DNA of 62,935 nucleotides, counting the filler, from Rhabdomonas costata (taxonomy: Eukaryota): the NCBI GenBank assembly GCA_019059605.1. It is 56 parts of 56 records of this genome, joined end to end, with 100 filler letters (N's around TTAATTAATTAA, not from the genome) between each part and the next. Parts side by side here need not be neighbours in the genome. Positions count along the whole stretch, not along the records: positions 37,155 to 38,180 come from JAHMHO010032779.1; positions 38,281 to 39,306 come from JAHMHO010032780.1; positions 39,407 to 40,432 come from JAHMHO010032781.1; positions 40,533 to 41,558 come from JAHMHO010032782.1; positions 41,659 to 42,684 come from JAHMHO010032783.1; positions 42,785 to 43,810 come from JAHMHO010032784.1; positions 43,911 to 44,936 come from JAHMHO010032785.1; positions 45,037 to 46,062 come from JAHMHO010032786.1; 48 more parts are not named here. One strand, 5' to 3'. The notes under the pieces were generated by a model, which worked only from the letters and a program-made list of their open reading frames with translations, did no database searches and was not told where the DNA came from. Below, in pieces: positions 37,546 to 49,543 of the stretch. Every line of letters begins with the position of its first letter. Position 1 is the first letter of the stretch. Both the position numbers and the translations under genes were made by a program.

Positions 37546-38280
37546 GTGTGTATCCTTGTTTGAATGCGCCCTAGGCTGAGTATTGTCCCTTTTCGCTTCG
37601 TGCGTAGTCCTCGAAATCGATCGATTTTTGGCTACTCCTCATTTCTCCCTGTTCCGTTTTACGAAACCTTCCAATGAATTTGAACCCACAGGCTTCATAA
37701 ACATTCCGTCTGGAAAAGAGGTGCTTCAACCAAGTCATGCACATAACTCAGATTCTCTTTAGCAACTCCGGTACGAAATCATATCGAACACACCGCGCAG
37801 GCCTTTTTAACCATTCGATCCTTTCCTTGTTAACCTCCAAGTCGCATTCCTTTTGCAGCTTCCTGTTTTGCACTCTGTCAGAGAGGAAAGAGACGTTGAT
37901 GGGACTCCAAGGAAGTTGCCAGCCCCCGTGGACGATTTTATACAGTGCTGCTTAGATCACAGCCAAACACCGCCCACTCATAGGAGAAGATTGAGTCTCA
38001 GGGCAGCAGCCGAAGCCTTCGGCTGGCGTACGACGCGCTCTACGCCCGCGCCGAGGAGCGTGACAAGGCCAGGGAGAAAAAGCGGCAGAAGCTGGTCCCA
38101 CGGCCTCCCGTTTCTCCTTCTCCTTTTTCCACCTTATTCAACCACGTACAACCACGTACAACCACGTACGCACACAAAACNNNNNNNNNNNNNNNNNNNN
38201 NNNNNNNNNNNNNNNNNNNNNNNNTTAATTAATTAANNNNNNNNNNNNNNNNNNNNNNNNNNNNNNNNNNNNNNNNNNNN

Positions 38281-38936
38281 TGTGGGGTGGAAGGAGGGCC
38301 GGATATGGGTGAGGCGGAGGCCTTGGAGCAAGGCGAGTTTGGGGAGGAGCTGGAGCAGCCCGGGTCTGGTGACGAGCTGCAGCAGGTGCGTTGAGGTGTA
38401 CGTGTACACCACGCTGCCACTACAGAGACGAAAGGAAAGAAAGGTTAGCACCTTAATCCATGTCATCATCAATGTATCTCCGAAAAACACAACGGGCAAC
38501 CGGCACCCCACCGTAGGATGGATTGTTTTGGGTACCTCTTGACAAAGCATGGGATGAAGTAGATTTTTATGTCATTTGCTCTATGTGCATATGATATTTC
38601 GTGGACAGAAGGACTGCGAAAGTTACTGCGTACAGTAAAAAGAAAAGCTAATGTTATCTGGAACACCCCGAGGCATAGGAGCACCGTTTGTGTTTGTCAA
38701 CCCCCTTTTTGCTGCAGCAGGATGCATTAGAAGAGCAGTTCGAAGAGGAGGAGGATCCTGGGGTGGACCCGGGTGAGGCTGGCGCGGTGATTCCCGGGCA
38801 GTGGCAGGAGGTTTCCGATGAGATGCTGGACCAGCAGTCCCCGGAGCTCTCGGCGGCCGAGGAGGGGTTTGTGACTGACCCTCAGCTGATGGACCCTGAG
38901 CTGCTCGGAGAGGAGGACGACCACCTGGACGAGGAG
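38281..38936 (+). CDS. Highly acidic low-complexity protein; exons ..38385 and 38721-38936
   Basis: GEAEALEQGEFGEELEQPGSGDELQQ|DALEEQFEEEEDPGVDP...DDHLDEE; phase-0 GT-AG junction. Confidence 0.65.
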
Positions 38937-39567
38937 GTGGTCTTGTGTGATGTTGGGGGGGAGTGGGCTACTAAGATGACTCAGGGCTGAGAACTTTGGA
39001 TCAGAAATTACCTTGGAAATACCCTGTAAAATGACATAGGCCCCTTTCAGCAAGCGTGCCATCTATTTTTTTTGGTTTGGTTTGGACCCAGCCTGTCCCT
39101 CAGACTCAAAAATGGGTTGAGCCTGAAAGGGGTGAGGGAAAGGAAATGTGCATGCACCCTAGAAATTGTGTTGTTGAAGGGGTATAGTAAACTATGGCAA
39201 TGTTTAGTAAATAATAGTACTTTTTGGTAACTTTGTGGCGTTGGAGGGACAGTATGACCCAGAAGGAAACTTTGGTACTAGTGGCAACGCACCCCCACAC
39301 CAACACNNNNNNNNNNNNNNNNNNNNNNNNNNNNNNNNNNNNNNNNNNNNTTAATTAATTAANNNNNNNNNNNNNNNNNNNNNNNNNNNNNNNNNNNNNN
39401 NNNNNNGGTGGTGGAGTTTAGGGGAAGAAGTTGTGGCGACTTTTCAGAGGTAGAAGGAAGGGGAGCTAGAGTTTTTGGTGTTTAGAGGGGATGCCAGGGA
39501 ACTGCCTTGGTGAGTGTGTTTCTTTGCATTTTCGCCATTGTTAGACTTTTCTTTGCTGGGATTGCAG

Positions 39568-39904
39568 GTCCCGGAGCGTACGATGTGCGTGGTGGAGATC
39601 GCGGGCCTCAGTACAGCATGGGGATGCGAGGGAGCAGCGGAGGCGGGGCCGGCGACATGCCAGGTACGTTGAGGTACAGTTGGAGAGATAGAGAGAGAGC
39701 ACTGGTGTTTTTTCTTTCACGGCGTGCGGAGAGAGTAGTAAGGCATGAGGTTTGAGAGATTTTTTTTGTGTTTCGCTGCGAGGGATTGGATTGGAAATCG
39801 TGCCCACGTGCGAAAAACAGGTCCCGGGGCCTACGATGTGCCTTCGGGAGATCGAGGCCCGCAGCACAGCCTTGCCTTCCCCTCGAAGGCATCGGCGACG
39901 CCCG
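39568..39904 (+). CDS. PG-rich (SHIPPO/ODF3/STPG-type) repeat ciliary protein; exons 39568-39663 and 39821-39904
   Basis: P|GPGAYDVRGGDRGPQYSMG...P|GPGAYDVPSGDRGPQHSL...P|G; PGPGxY repeats with phase-1 introns. Confidence 0.85.
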
Positions 39905-39994
39905 GTGTGGATGCAGATTTTCTGTGGAGTGCATAGGCTTTCTTTCGGAGGTTTATTTAGTGTTTTTTCTCATGTGCCTTGCAAGGAAAGGGGA

Positions 39995-40015
39995 TTAGGG
40001 TTAGGGTTAGGGTTA
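39995..40015 (+). repeat. Short interstitial (TTAGGG)3 tract
   Basis: TTAGGGTTAGGGTTAGGGTTA; a further GGGTTAGGGTT lies near 40077. Confidence 0.8.
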
Positions 40016-41426
40016 CAAGAGGAGAGGGCAAAGTCGGTGGAAGGTGGCATCGCCTTGTGCAGGTATGCTTTGAGCTGGGTTAGGGTTAATATTAAAACGC
40101 TGAATTTCTTTTTGTTGACAATAGAAAAGAAGGTAAACAAAGATGGAGTTTGACATTTAGTGGATAATTAGATAGAGTGAGTAAATTATTTCATGTTTCT
40201 TGTAAACTGCCCGGCTTCGCTTGGATTTTGAAACGCTTCGCGGTTCAAGACATCCAGCGCCACAAATTCGGGGCACGCGAATACAACGCCACCTGCGAGG
40301 AAAAACGCCATTTTCCAAAAAGTTACCGAATACCAAAATACCACACCCAGGGGGCGTAGCATCCCACATTGCACTTAGGAAACAGTAGCAAAGGTCCCTC
40401 CGTCATACAAAAACACCAACCACACCCAACACNNNNNNNNNNNNNNNNNNNNNNNNNNNNNNNNNNNNNNNNNNNNTTAATTAATTAANNNNNNNNNNNN
40501 NNNNNNNNNNNNNNNNNNNNNNNNNNNNNNNNTGGGCAAAATAGAAAAGCGATCAGGACTGCCGAGGTGAGCGAGGCTTTTCTCAGTGAGTGCTTCGCGT
40601 AGCTTTTTGCTTTTGCAATACTCTTTACGAAGAACAGGCAGGTCGCCAGGCTGCTGGAAGGGGAATGAGCAAGGGCGACACCCCAGCAGCCCATCCCTGT
40701 ACCCGTTTTCTCTGGGGGACCTAAAATTTTTTTTTACCTAAATTTCGTATTTCATATATTTCATGAAATTTTTTCTCAACATTTACAAATAACACCGGAG
40801 TTCAGTTCAGCAGCAAATGATAGTATACAAGGAGGAACGAAAAGATGGGAAGGGGAAGCAAAACTGTTTGGGTCGATTTGGAGGCATGCAGAGTAGCAGT
40901 GCAGATGAGGGCACTGAGCTGGGACACAAAGAAGCATCATTAAGAGCAAAAGGAGGGAAAAAGGAGGAGCGCGAGTGAAGGCCACATGACGATGGGATGC
41001 GGGAACAGAGCTGAAGAGGCTGGTAAGGATAGGTCGGAAGTTGAGATGGGAGGGTGAGCATGTGGAAGTGCGTGTCAATGTCATGAAATTTAAGTTATTT
41101 TTCTCCTTTAATTTTTGAATGCAGCTTTGAGGTTTCCCTTCACTCCCAAACCGCTTTCAACTGGAATTGGAGCTCAGACCATCCTTCAGGAAAGCCACCA
41201 CCGTCAGCAACACACATGTATGATCCCAAACGGCAGAGTTGACCCGCGATGGTGTGGTTTTCCTTGATCGCTGCCCATCCACGCAAATGAGGGGATTGTT
41301 CAAATATTTTCAGCTGTGGGTGGAGGATTATCTCCTGGCCAGTTGCACCAACGTCAGCGCATACTCACAAAGTGGTCACATCCTCAATGCTGTTGCCACC
41401 TTGCCACTTGTGCGCAATTTGCACAG

Positions 41427-41531
41427 GTTGTTGAGGTTCCGGTGGATGAGGAGATTAATGTGGTTGAGGTTCCTGTCGCAGAGCAGCGGTGCGCCCCTGT
41501 CCGCCGGGTCACACTCCGCGAGCAGGGCTAC
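41427..41531 (+). CDS. Articulin-like (VPV repeat) cortical protein exon
   Basis: 105-nt CAG/GT-bounded exon VVEVPVDEEINVVEVPVAEQRCAPVRRVTLREQGY with two VEVPV units. Confidence 0.6.
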
Positions 41532-41777
41532 GTACCCCCTCCCCCTCACATCCCACCANNNNNNNNNNNNNNNNNNNNNNNNNNNNNNNNNNNNNNNNNN
41601 NNTTAATTAATTAANNNNNNNNNNNNNNNNNNNNNNNNNNNNNNNNNNNNNNNNNNNNGGGTTGTTGTCATGCAACAATGTTGACCTCCTCTCTCTCTCT
41701 CATCCTCACGTCCGCACATCCAGAACCGACCCATCCTCCGATTTCAAATGCGAAGCATCCCACGAAAAGTGGAAGCG

Positions 41778-42114
41778 AAGAGCGTCCAAGGCCGAGGCAG
41801 AGGTAGTGCCTTGCTGATGATGTCCCAACCACTCCGCCAGTGATCGAAACGCCAGTAAGGCATCAGATTATTCAGCTGCTCACTCAGAGTTCACTCCTTT
41901 CACCTCACTTACCCAATCTCTCTCTCAACCTCTCTTTCATATCCCCCCTACCTCAACCGCATCCCCTGTGCATCCAATATCCCGTCGCCCAAGGCCTCGT
42001 ACACCCGACTCAGTCTATATCAAGCCCACATTCGCAAATTACCCGACGAAGAGCGTCCAATGGAGAGGCGGAGATGATGACCCAACCACTCCGCCAGAGA
42101 GTCGAAACGCCAGT
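41778..42114. repeat. Diverged direct duplication (about 41778-41856 and 42048-42114)
   Basis: GAAGAGCGTCCAA...GATGATG(T/A)CCCAACCACTCCGCCAG..TCGAAACGCCAGT appears twice, with indels. Confidence 0.75.
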
Positions 42115-43621
42115 CAATCCTGTGGGGCATGAGAATAGTTAGCTGCTAAGCTTCGAGCTCACCCCTTTCACCCACGCTTGCACACATACAAGCGTAACAA
42201 AGATGCGATTTTGCTGGGAGTGCAGTCACACTCTCCCACTCCCGCGACAAACCGGACAGGGGAGAGAAGGAGGATAATCAGATTATGTGATTTCCTTGTG
42301 CTTTGAAGGCTCAATATCATCCGTACCGTACCGTAACCAATGTTGGTCATGCTCACCCGCCGACTGAGCGTCTGGTCATAGGGTCATATGGTTGTGTGGT
42401 ATAGTATAGGAAAGATCCACAGCGCACTCTAGTCCTCAGATGCACACGTCATACCATCTATCTAGCAGGGTGGCAGTTTTTTACGCTTGTGGGACAGGCG
42501 ACGGCAGAGGTTTCAAAGGACCCACACGACGCACACGGGGAACGGGAGGCAGCGCACATGATATTCTCCACGGATATGTACTCCAATTGCGCACAGGGCC
42601 GAGCTGTTTCCCGGCGTAATCAGACCCGACAGCTTTGCCTTGCCAGGCTGCAGACCAACCAAAACCACCAAACACACCCACCACNNNNNNNNNNNNNNNN
42701 NNNNNNNNNNNNNNNNNNNNNNNNNNNNTTAATTAATTAANNNNNNNNNNNNNNNNNNNNNNNNNNNNNNNNNNNNNNNNNNNNTGTGTGGTTTGGAGCA
42801 GATGCACATGCGGTCAAAGCCCTACAGGCAGCGCTGCAGTAGGGCCATAGCGGGTAAGCTGAGACGCAGCTTTGGGGGTCTGTAGTTGTAGTCATCACAC
42901 CCTAAAGAGCTTCTAGTGAGTCCACTTGGGGGATTGATGGAGGGGCCTGGGACAACCAGAAGAGTTTCTACCTTGCGGACCATCTGGAACCGCCCTTCTT
43001 CTTATCGTTTTTTTGGAGGTTCTGCAGTGAATCAAGGACGACCATGTTCAGTGATCCTGCCTGGTTGTTAAAATATTTTCGATGATGTGATTTAATACCA
43101 AAATATAGTCACAATGTAAACCCTGGGTTAAAGAGACCTTGGGTGACTGAGTGGGAGGCTTACTCTCCACACGTTTGCTCTCCATTGGGTTGCTAGACCA
43201 GGTTTGGTGTTGAAAAAGGACCAGAGGTCTCTGGAATCCGGGGGGTGAGGGTGCGTCTCTGCCTCAAACTGTTGCTGACTGCACTTAAGGGAGCTGGATG
43301 CTGCCCCAACTCCCCTCACAGTTAAGTGCTGAAAACAAAGGAAAGGGCAAGGAAAGGGAAAGGCTCGATTGCACACCAGCACTGTTTGACGGCGCAATGA
43401 ACGTTTTTGTTCGCCGAACGTCACAGTGACCTTGCGATCTTTTCACCGCGCCAACTCTTCAGTCAACCCTAGTTTCTCTTTCCTCTTCTCCTTCATTTTC
43501 TCCAAGAGACTGTCCAAGATCGCAGTCTTAGGTCACTTCCTCACTCCAACTTCTCTTTTGAGGGAGTGCCCGTCTCTGACAAAGCCCCACCTGTAAAGAA
43601 AAGCTAGGCAGCAATAGGAAA

Positions 43622-43795
43622 ATGGCGAAGACGGGGATGGGCGCACCGATGACTGCGGCGGACGCCACGGTGGACCGGAGGGAGCGGCTGCGGAGGCTCG
43701 CCCTGGAGACGATTGACCTGAACAACGACCCCTATTTCATGCGGAATCACCTGGGAGGCTACGAGTGCAAGCTGTGCCTCACCCTGCACGACAAC
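43622..43795 (+). CDS. SF3A2: Splicing factor 3A subunit 2 (SF3a66/Prp11), N-terminus
   Basis: DRRERLRRLALETIDLNNDPYFMRNHLGGYECKLCLTLH is the highly conserved SF3A2 N-terminus and zinc-finger start. Confidence 0.96.
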
Positions 43796-45269
43796 GCCAC
43801 CACAACACCCNNNNNNNNNNNNNNNNNNNNNNNNNNNNNNNNNNNNNNNNNNNNTTAATTAATTAANNNNNNNNNNNNNNNNNNNNNNNNNNNNNNNNNN
43901 NNNNNNNNNNTGTGTGTTGGCACTGGACGTGGAGTGTTTATCTTATCCGGGCACTACCCCCAAGGCCAAGATAAGATAAACACTCCACGTCCAGTGCCAA
44001 CAAAGGCATACCCATGGCAACCTCCACCCTCCACTGCTGGTTAGGGTGGGGACGGGTTGGGGGGCGATGGAACCAGCCTCCCGATATATGCATGTACACA
44101 CGTATAGCAGCAGCAAAAACCGGCAGCACCGGCAGCACAACTGTGTGTAACACACCCAACCGCGCAGCCTTCAAAGGGTGCGGTACAGAAAATGGAAAAA
44201 GGGAAGAAGTGCACAAGCGACCAGTGGTGAACATGGAGGGCGAGAGAGGGGGGACGATTTCCCTTTTCAAGCGAAGAGGAAGGAAGCGTCTGTTTTGGGT
44301 AGCACGCACTCCACCCCCCACCCCTAAACACCAAATACCGGTCTACGGTATCACACTCCACGGAAACTCCACGGCAACAGGGATAAAGGGCAAGAAACCC
44401 ACCCTGGCAATGAAACGTCAGCATCATTGTCCAGCCACACCCATGAGACTGGTGTCTGGGGGTGTGGCAAAGGAAATGCGGACCAAGTTGGCATGTGCGC
44501 CGTGTTTCCGGGAACACTCACGGACTTGACAAGGAAACTTCTCGAAAACGTTTTCTTACAGTAAACCTTCTGAATTTCCCACTGTATGCCGATGACCACT
44601 CTGGAATTGCGTGTCAGCGGACCCCATCTCACTCCTCAAGGAAGCACCAGTGCCCGAGACCGGTGGGCTGTGAAACATGAACGCAACAGCAAGCCACAAG
44701 GCTTGGCGAAACCAGCAGCAGGGACACAGGCGTTCAGCAACGACCACAACCTGTATCATGGGGAAAAAAACCCGCGATGCACCCCTGCAAAGAAAAATCG
44801 AGGCAGGGAAAAATGATATCGGGCACATGCGAACCTGCCATGAAGCGCGGAAGCAGAATGCACAAAACGGAGAAAGGCAAAAGAAAAACTGCAAGCAACA
44901 ATGAGAGCACCGATGGAGTATGCAAGGGAGCGATCANNNNNNNNNNNNNNNNNNNNNNNNNNNNNNNNNNNNNNNNNNNNTTAATTAATTAANNNNNNNN
45001 NNNNNNNNNNNNNNNNNNNNNNNNNNNNNNNNNNNNGGAGGTCTGGAAAGTAATTTCTCACGTCAAATGTTTTTGTTTGATTGTTGGGCATACCACACTT
45101 TTCGCTCACGAGGCCGAAAGGCAAGTCACTGAAAACAGTACACTCCATTAGCAATAAAAAAGGCCAGAATCTAAGAGGGTGCCACTTGCGGCTTGGGCGT
45201 CAAACCATCGAACAGAAGGAACCAGGAGCCAAGAAGGGCTACTCGCCTTGGCGTGGCCGCCATGTCGGG

Positions 45270-46048
45270 GTTTGGCAAAGGAAACTTAGACCTTGTTGTC
45301 ACACGCCGTCTATCCGCCGAGCCTCTTATGTGCCTCCTACCTCTTGCTCTTGATTCCACTTCTGACAGCCTGTATCACGACTAAGATTGCACTAAGTGGG
45401 CGCTGTTGCGGTTTACCTGGGTGAAAACACCCACAACGAGTCTGGGTTTATCCCTGTCCCCGTATGGATCCATCTATTTGTGCGCTGCGGTCTGTCGACG
45501 CCGCGTGGGCTATATCTTTGGTTCCTGGCTTGGGTGTGCGTGGCGCCTGGATCTTCGGCTCCTCTATAGCTTGTGGCGAGGGTTCTTTAGCTGAGGTGGT
45601 ACGGGGTCTTGGGTGAGCAAATTGGCCAGCGACCTCCGGACCGCTATGCTGTGCAAGGTGGATCTTTGCAACGCCTTCAACCAAGTCAGTCGCCAGACCT
45701 GCTGCCAGACACTTGCCGACATCGACCCACTGTGGACGCTGGTCTCTCTCTGCTGCAGTGCCGATAGTCAGTGGAGGTTTCACTTTTAGCGCCACAACTG
45801 GAGTGCTTCAAGGAGACCCAATGTCGCACCCACTCTTCTGTATTGCCCTCGCGCCAATTCCCCGTGGACTCGGCCTGGAAGGGGCTGGCGGGGACCTATG
45901 GTACATGGACGACGTGGTGCTCAACGCCGAACCACGAGAAGTAGAACGCGCTTTTATCTACCTCAAGGAGCTGCTCCCCACTATCGGGTTGGACATCAAC
46001 GAGCGCAAGTGCGAGCATGCTCCACATGGCCTCAGTCAAGTGCCATAA
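45270..46048 (+). mobile_element. Frameshifted non-LTR retrotransposon RT, CRE/SLACS-like
   Basis: KVDLCNAFNQVSR, then in another frame TTGVLQGDPMSHPLFCIAL, WYMDD and IGLDINERKC: RT subdomains 3-7. Confidence 0.88.
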
Positions 46049-46162
46049 ATCCACCAAAACAANNNNNNNNNNNNNNNNNNNNNNNNNNNNNNNNNNNNNN
46101 NNNNNNTTAATTAATTAANNNNNNNNNNNNNNNNNNNNNNNNNNNNNNNNNNNNNNNNNNNN

Positions 46163-47189
46163 AAGCAGAAGCCGGGAAACATAAAAAAACCAAAACCTGG
46201 CCATGAAAGTCCTGCAGTGAATTCTCCCTGGGGTCAGAATGACAAGGAAGCGGCCGCTAAAATCCACAGGGATCGAAAACCAGACAGCGTTCAACCAGCA
46301 AGACAAGCTCCAAAACACACTCCCTCGAAACAGGAGAAAAATTGCAAAAGCGCAACCTTGTTGTTTTGGAATACAGTGAAAGTCCATATACGAAAAAGGG
46401 AAGGTCAACAATGCATGGCCTGATCGTCAAGCCGCCTCAAAAGGCTTCGACCAGAAACCCTTTCGGGCTCAGCGTGCAGAGGATATTTCATGAACTCATT
46501 TCCTGACGACATGAATGCATCATCCGTGCTGCAGAAAAAAACTCTGCACAGCAAGGAAAGCAGCATAGCACGGGAAAGAAACGTTGCTCTGCTGACACAC
46601 GAGAGGTACTTGCGCAGTACCCACACTCGCGCCAGCGTGCAAATGAAAAGGCTCAGCAGTGAAGTGGCATTCATCGAATCAACTCGGAATGAGATCCCAC
46701 ATCCATCATGTGTGCCTCAAAGCGCACCTCCTACCGTAAACTCATCAACCGAGCGGATGTCGATGTGGCATTTCTGACCCATCGGCGTTCCGTCGGCGTT
46801 GATGGAAAGCAGAAGCCGGGAAACATAAAAAAACCAAAACCTGGCCATGAAAGTCCTGCAGTGAATTCTCCCTGGGGTCAGAATGACAAGGAAGCGGCCG
46901 CTAAAATCCACAGGGATCGAAAACCAGACAGCGTTCAACCAGCAAGACAAGCTCCAAAACACACTCCCTCGAAACAGGAGAAAAATTGCAAAAGCGCAAC
47001 CTTGTTGTTTTGGAATACAGTGAAAGTCCATATACGAAAAAGGGAAGGTCAACAATGCATGGCCTGATCGTCAAGCCGCCTCAAAAGGCTTCGACCAGAA
47101 ACCCTTTCGGGCTCAGCGTGCAGAGGATATTTCATGAACTCATTTCCTGACGACATGAATGCATCATCCGTGCTGCAGAAAAAAACTCT
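46163..47189. repeat. 644-bp unit present 1.6 times (tandem repeat or circular molecule)
   Basis: 46807-47189 repeats 46163-46545 with no difference that I could see. Confidence 0.95.
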
Positions 47190-47429
47190 NNNNNNNNNNN
47201 NNNNNNNNNNNNNNNNNNNNNNNNNNNNNNNNNTTAATTAATTAANNNNNNNNNNNNNNNNNNNNNNNNNNNNNNNNNNNNNNNNNNNNTGTTGTTTTTC
47301 AGCACCTCAGCACTCGGTAGCGTTTCATGCGACTGTTGGGATCTTCTAAATTGTTGTCGTTTGCTCGCTGCAGGCTTCGGTCACTCGCCACCTTACCACC
47401 CACCCACCGGTATCTTTCTCCTTTGGTAG

Positions 47430-48309
47430 ATCTCGGGGCAACTTGCTGAGGCGCAGCTCCAAGCCAATGCCCAAGCCACGCGCGAGGGCTCCGTCACTTT
47501 CGAGACCGCTGATGCCGCCCTGGTGCAGGGTCTGGAGGAGCTGCTGAACCGGGTAAGCAATAGAAAGAGGGGGGGGTCTCTGAAAAGAAAGCTTTGACCA
47601 CAATCACTTCCATGCTTCCATCTATGGGCTACGATTTTTTCTGTGGCTGCATGCGTTCTTTGCTCTGGATCACTTCTGGGGCTTAAAAGTCGGAGGGACG
47701 GGTGCAGGCAGATTCTCCTCTGCTTTGACATAGAGTGAAGCATGATCGACATGATCTGAAGGGGCCGTAGTTTGGGGAAAGTGTTGTCCCCCCCGGTGGG
47801 GGGGGCGTTAGTTTTTGCTCTGGTTGCGGTTCGAGCCTAATACTCGGGTTTCATGACAGCGCAGCCCCCGAAAATGCAAGATGGAACTTTTTAAAAGCGA
47901 ATCAGCACAAGAAGCGATGTACCGTAATATTCATCCACACAAATGGGAAGGTCAACTGCTTCTCCTGACATTTTCTGATGCCCCCGCCCTACCCCTCAAT
48001 CAGTGCCAGCGGGAGGGAACGCATGAGATTTCCGGTGGTGATGGTGGTGGCGGTGGTGGGTTTCTCAGGTACAGGCGAAGCTTCCTTTTGAGCAGTCGAT
48101 CTTCCCGGTGCGGTTCGACAACCTGGGGTACCACACCATCGTGCAGGCCTCGGGCCAGCTCGGACAGATTTCAACCGTGGGCAGCAAGGTGCTGCAGCTG
48201 CTGCTCTTCTTCCGCAGGCCGCAGAAGGTGAGGCGGGACATCCTCACCAACTTCACGGGGTCGTTCCTGCCCGGCACCACGACGCTGATCCTGGGGCCTC
48301 CACGCTCGG
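47430..48309 (+). CDS. ABCG/PDR-type ABC transporter, N-terminus into NBD1; exons 47430-47552 and 48069-48309
   Basis: VRFDNLGY...ISTVGS...DILTNFTGSFLPGTTTLILGPPRSG matches PDR NBD1 ILxxxxGxxxPGxxTLxLGPPGSG; phases agree. Confidence 0.88.
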
Positions 48310-49543
48310 GTGCGTNNNNNNNNNNNNNNNNNNNNNNNNNNNNNNNNNNNNNNNNNNNNTTAATTAATTAANNNNNNNNNNNNNNNNNNNNNNNNNNNNN
48401 NNNNNNNNNNNNNNNGGTTGGGTGGAGGGAGTTAGTAAAAGGGCACGCGTCGATGATGGAAAGAACAGCAAAACAAGGAAGCTCACATGAGCAGAGGGTG
48501 GTATAACACAAGAAAAAGAAAGTGAATTGAGCCGACAGACCCACATGGCAAGGAAGAGGGGTCAGCCCAAGGAGCGCAAGGACGGATTAGCTGGCTGCAG
48601 TACGTTGGATGCACCCCATCCGCTGCAACGCACATGCATAGTAGCGGGCTCCACGTGTCGTCCTAAGCGATTTGATGTGCAACTGGATACCAAAACGCTA
48701 CCCCATGGATCCCGAATTTGAAGGAGAGCGCTACGATCATTCCCGAAAGCAATCAACACCTCAAAAACTCTTCTAACATTTCCCGTTAATTTCCCATAGA
48801 CGCCCGATTGTACGGAAGTTGAGAGGGAGGTGGTGCTGTCCCTTGAGGTCTGTCTAGGGTGTTGGGCCGATGAGCTCCGCCGCACTTCGCGGCCCAAGAT
48901 CTCAGGTGACCTTGCACAGTCGCTTTAGGATGGTTCGTCACTCGTCTTTGTCAAGGGAGGGTAGTGCCATGTACTGCGGCCAATCGGTGCGTAGAGCTAT
49001 TGTACAATAGCGCACATATGGACCCGCAAAGGTGCTGTCCTGCAGCAGGCACATTCAGGACAAAAAAACACAAGCCGAGCAAGCCCCACAAAACCACAAA
49101 CTGGGAACAGGGATGCTCCCGAAAAGGGCTCGAGGGGGTTTCCAGAGCATGCGTGTACACGGCAGTGTGGAAGTGACGGGGAAGCAGTGAAATGACTGCA
49201 GTGGGGAAAGAAGTGGCTTTTGATTATGTGTTTCTTTGTCCCCACGACACGGACAAGGGTGCGCCCAGACGCCAACCCGTGGACAAGTCTGGAGGAATGT
49301 ATGCTCAATCCCAGGGGGTTCACCTGTTGATGTGCGAATGTGCGGCTTCAATGGACCTCCGCTGTGTCCATCGGTGAACGTGGGCTGGCATCCCGGGTCA
49401 CGAGCAAGGGTGCAGGCAGTGGACCTTGAACCACAAANNNNNNNNNNNNNNNNNNNNNNNNNNNNNNNNNNNNNNNNNNNNTTAATTAATTAANNNNNNN
49501 NNNNNNNNNNNNNNNNNNNNNNNNNNNNNNNNNNNNNCCCCAG

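Noticed and set aside
46163..46806. SL RNA/5S rRNA tandem unit
   Set aside because: The size is suggestive, but I could not find a 5S sequence or a recognisable spliced-leader exon on either strand.
47820..47845. GGTTCGAGCC as a tRNA T-arm
   Set aside because: No cloverleaf or acceptor stem around it. No tRNA or rRNA gene was supportable anywhere in the window.
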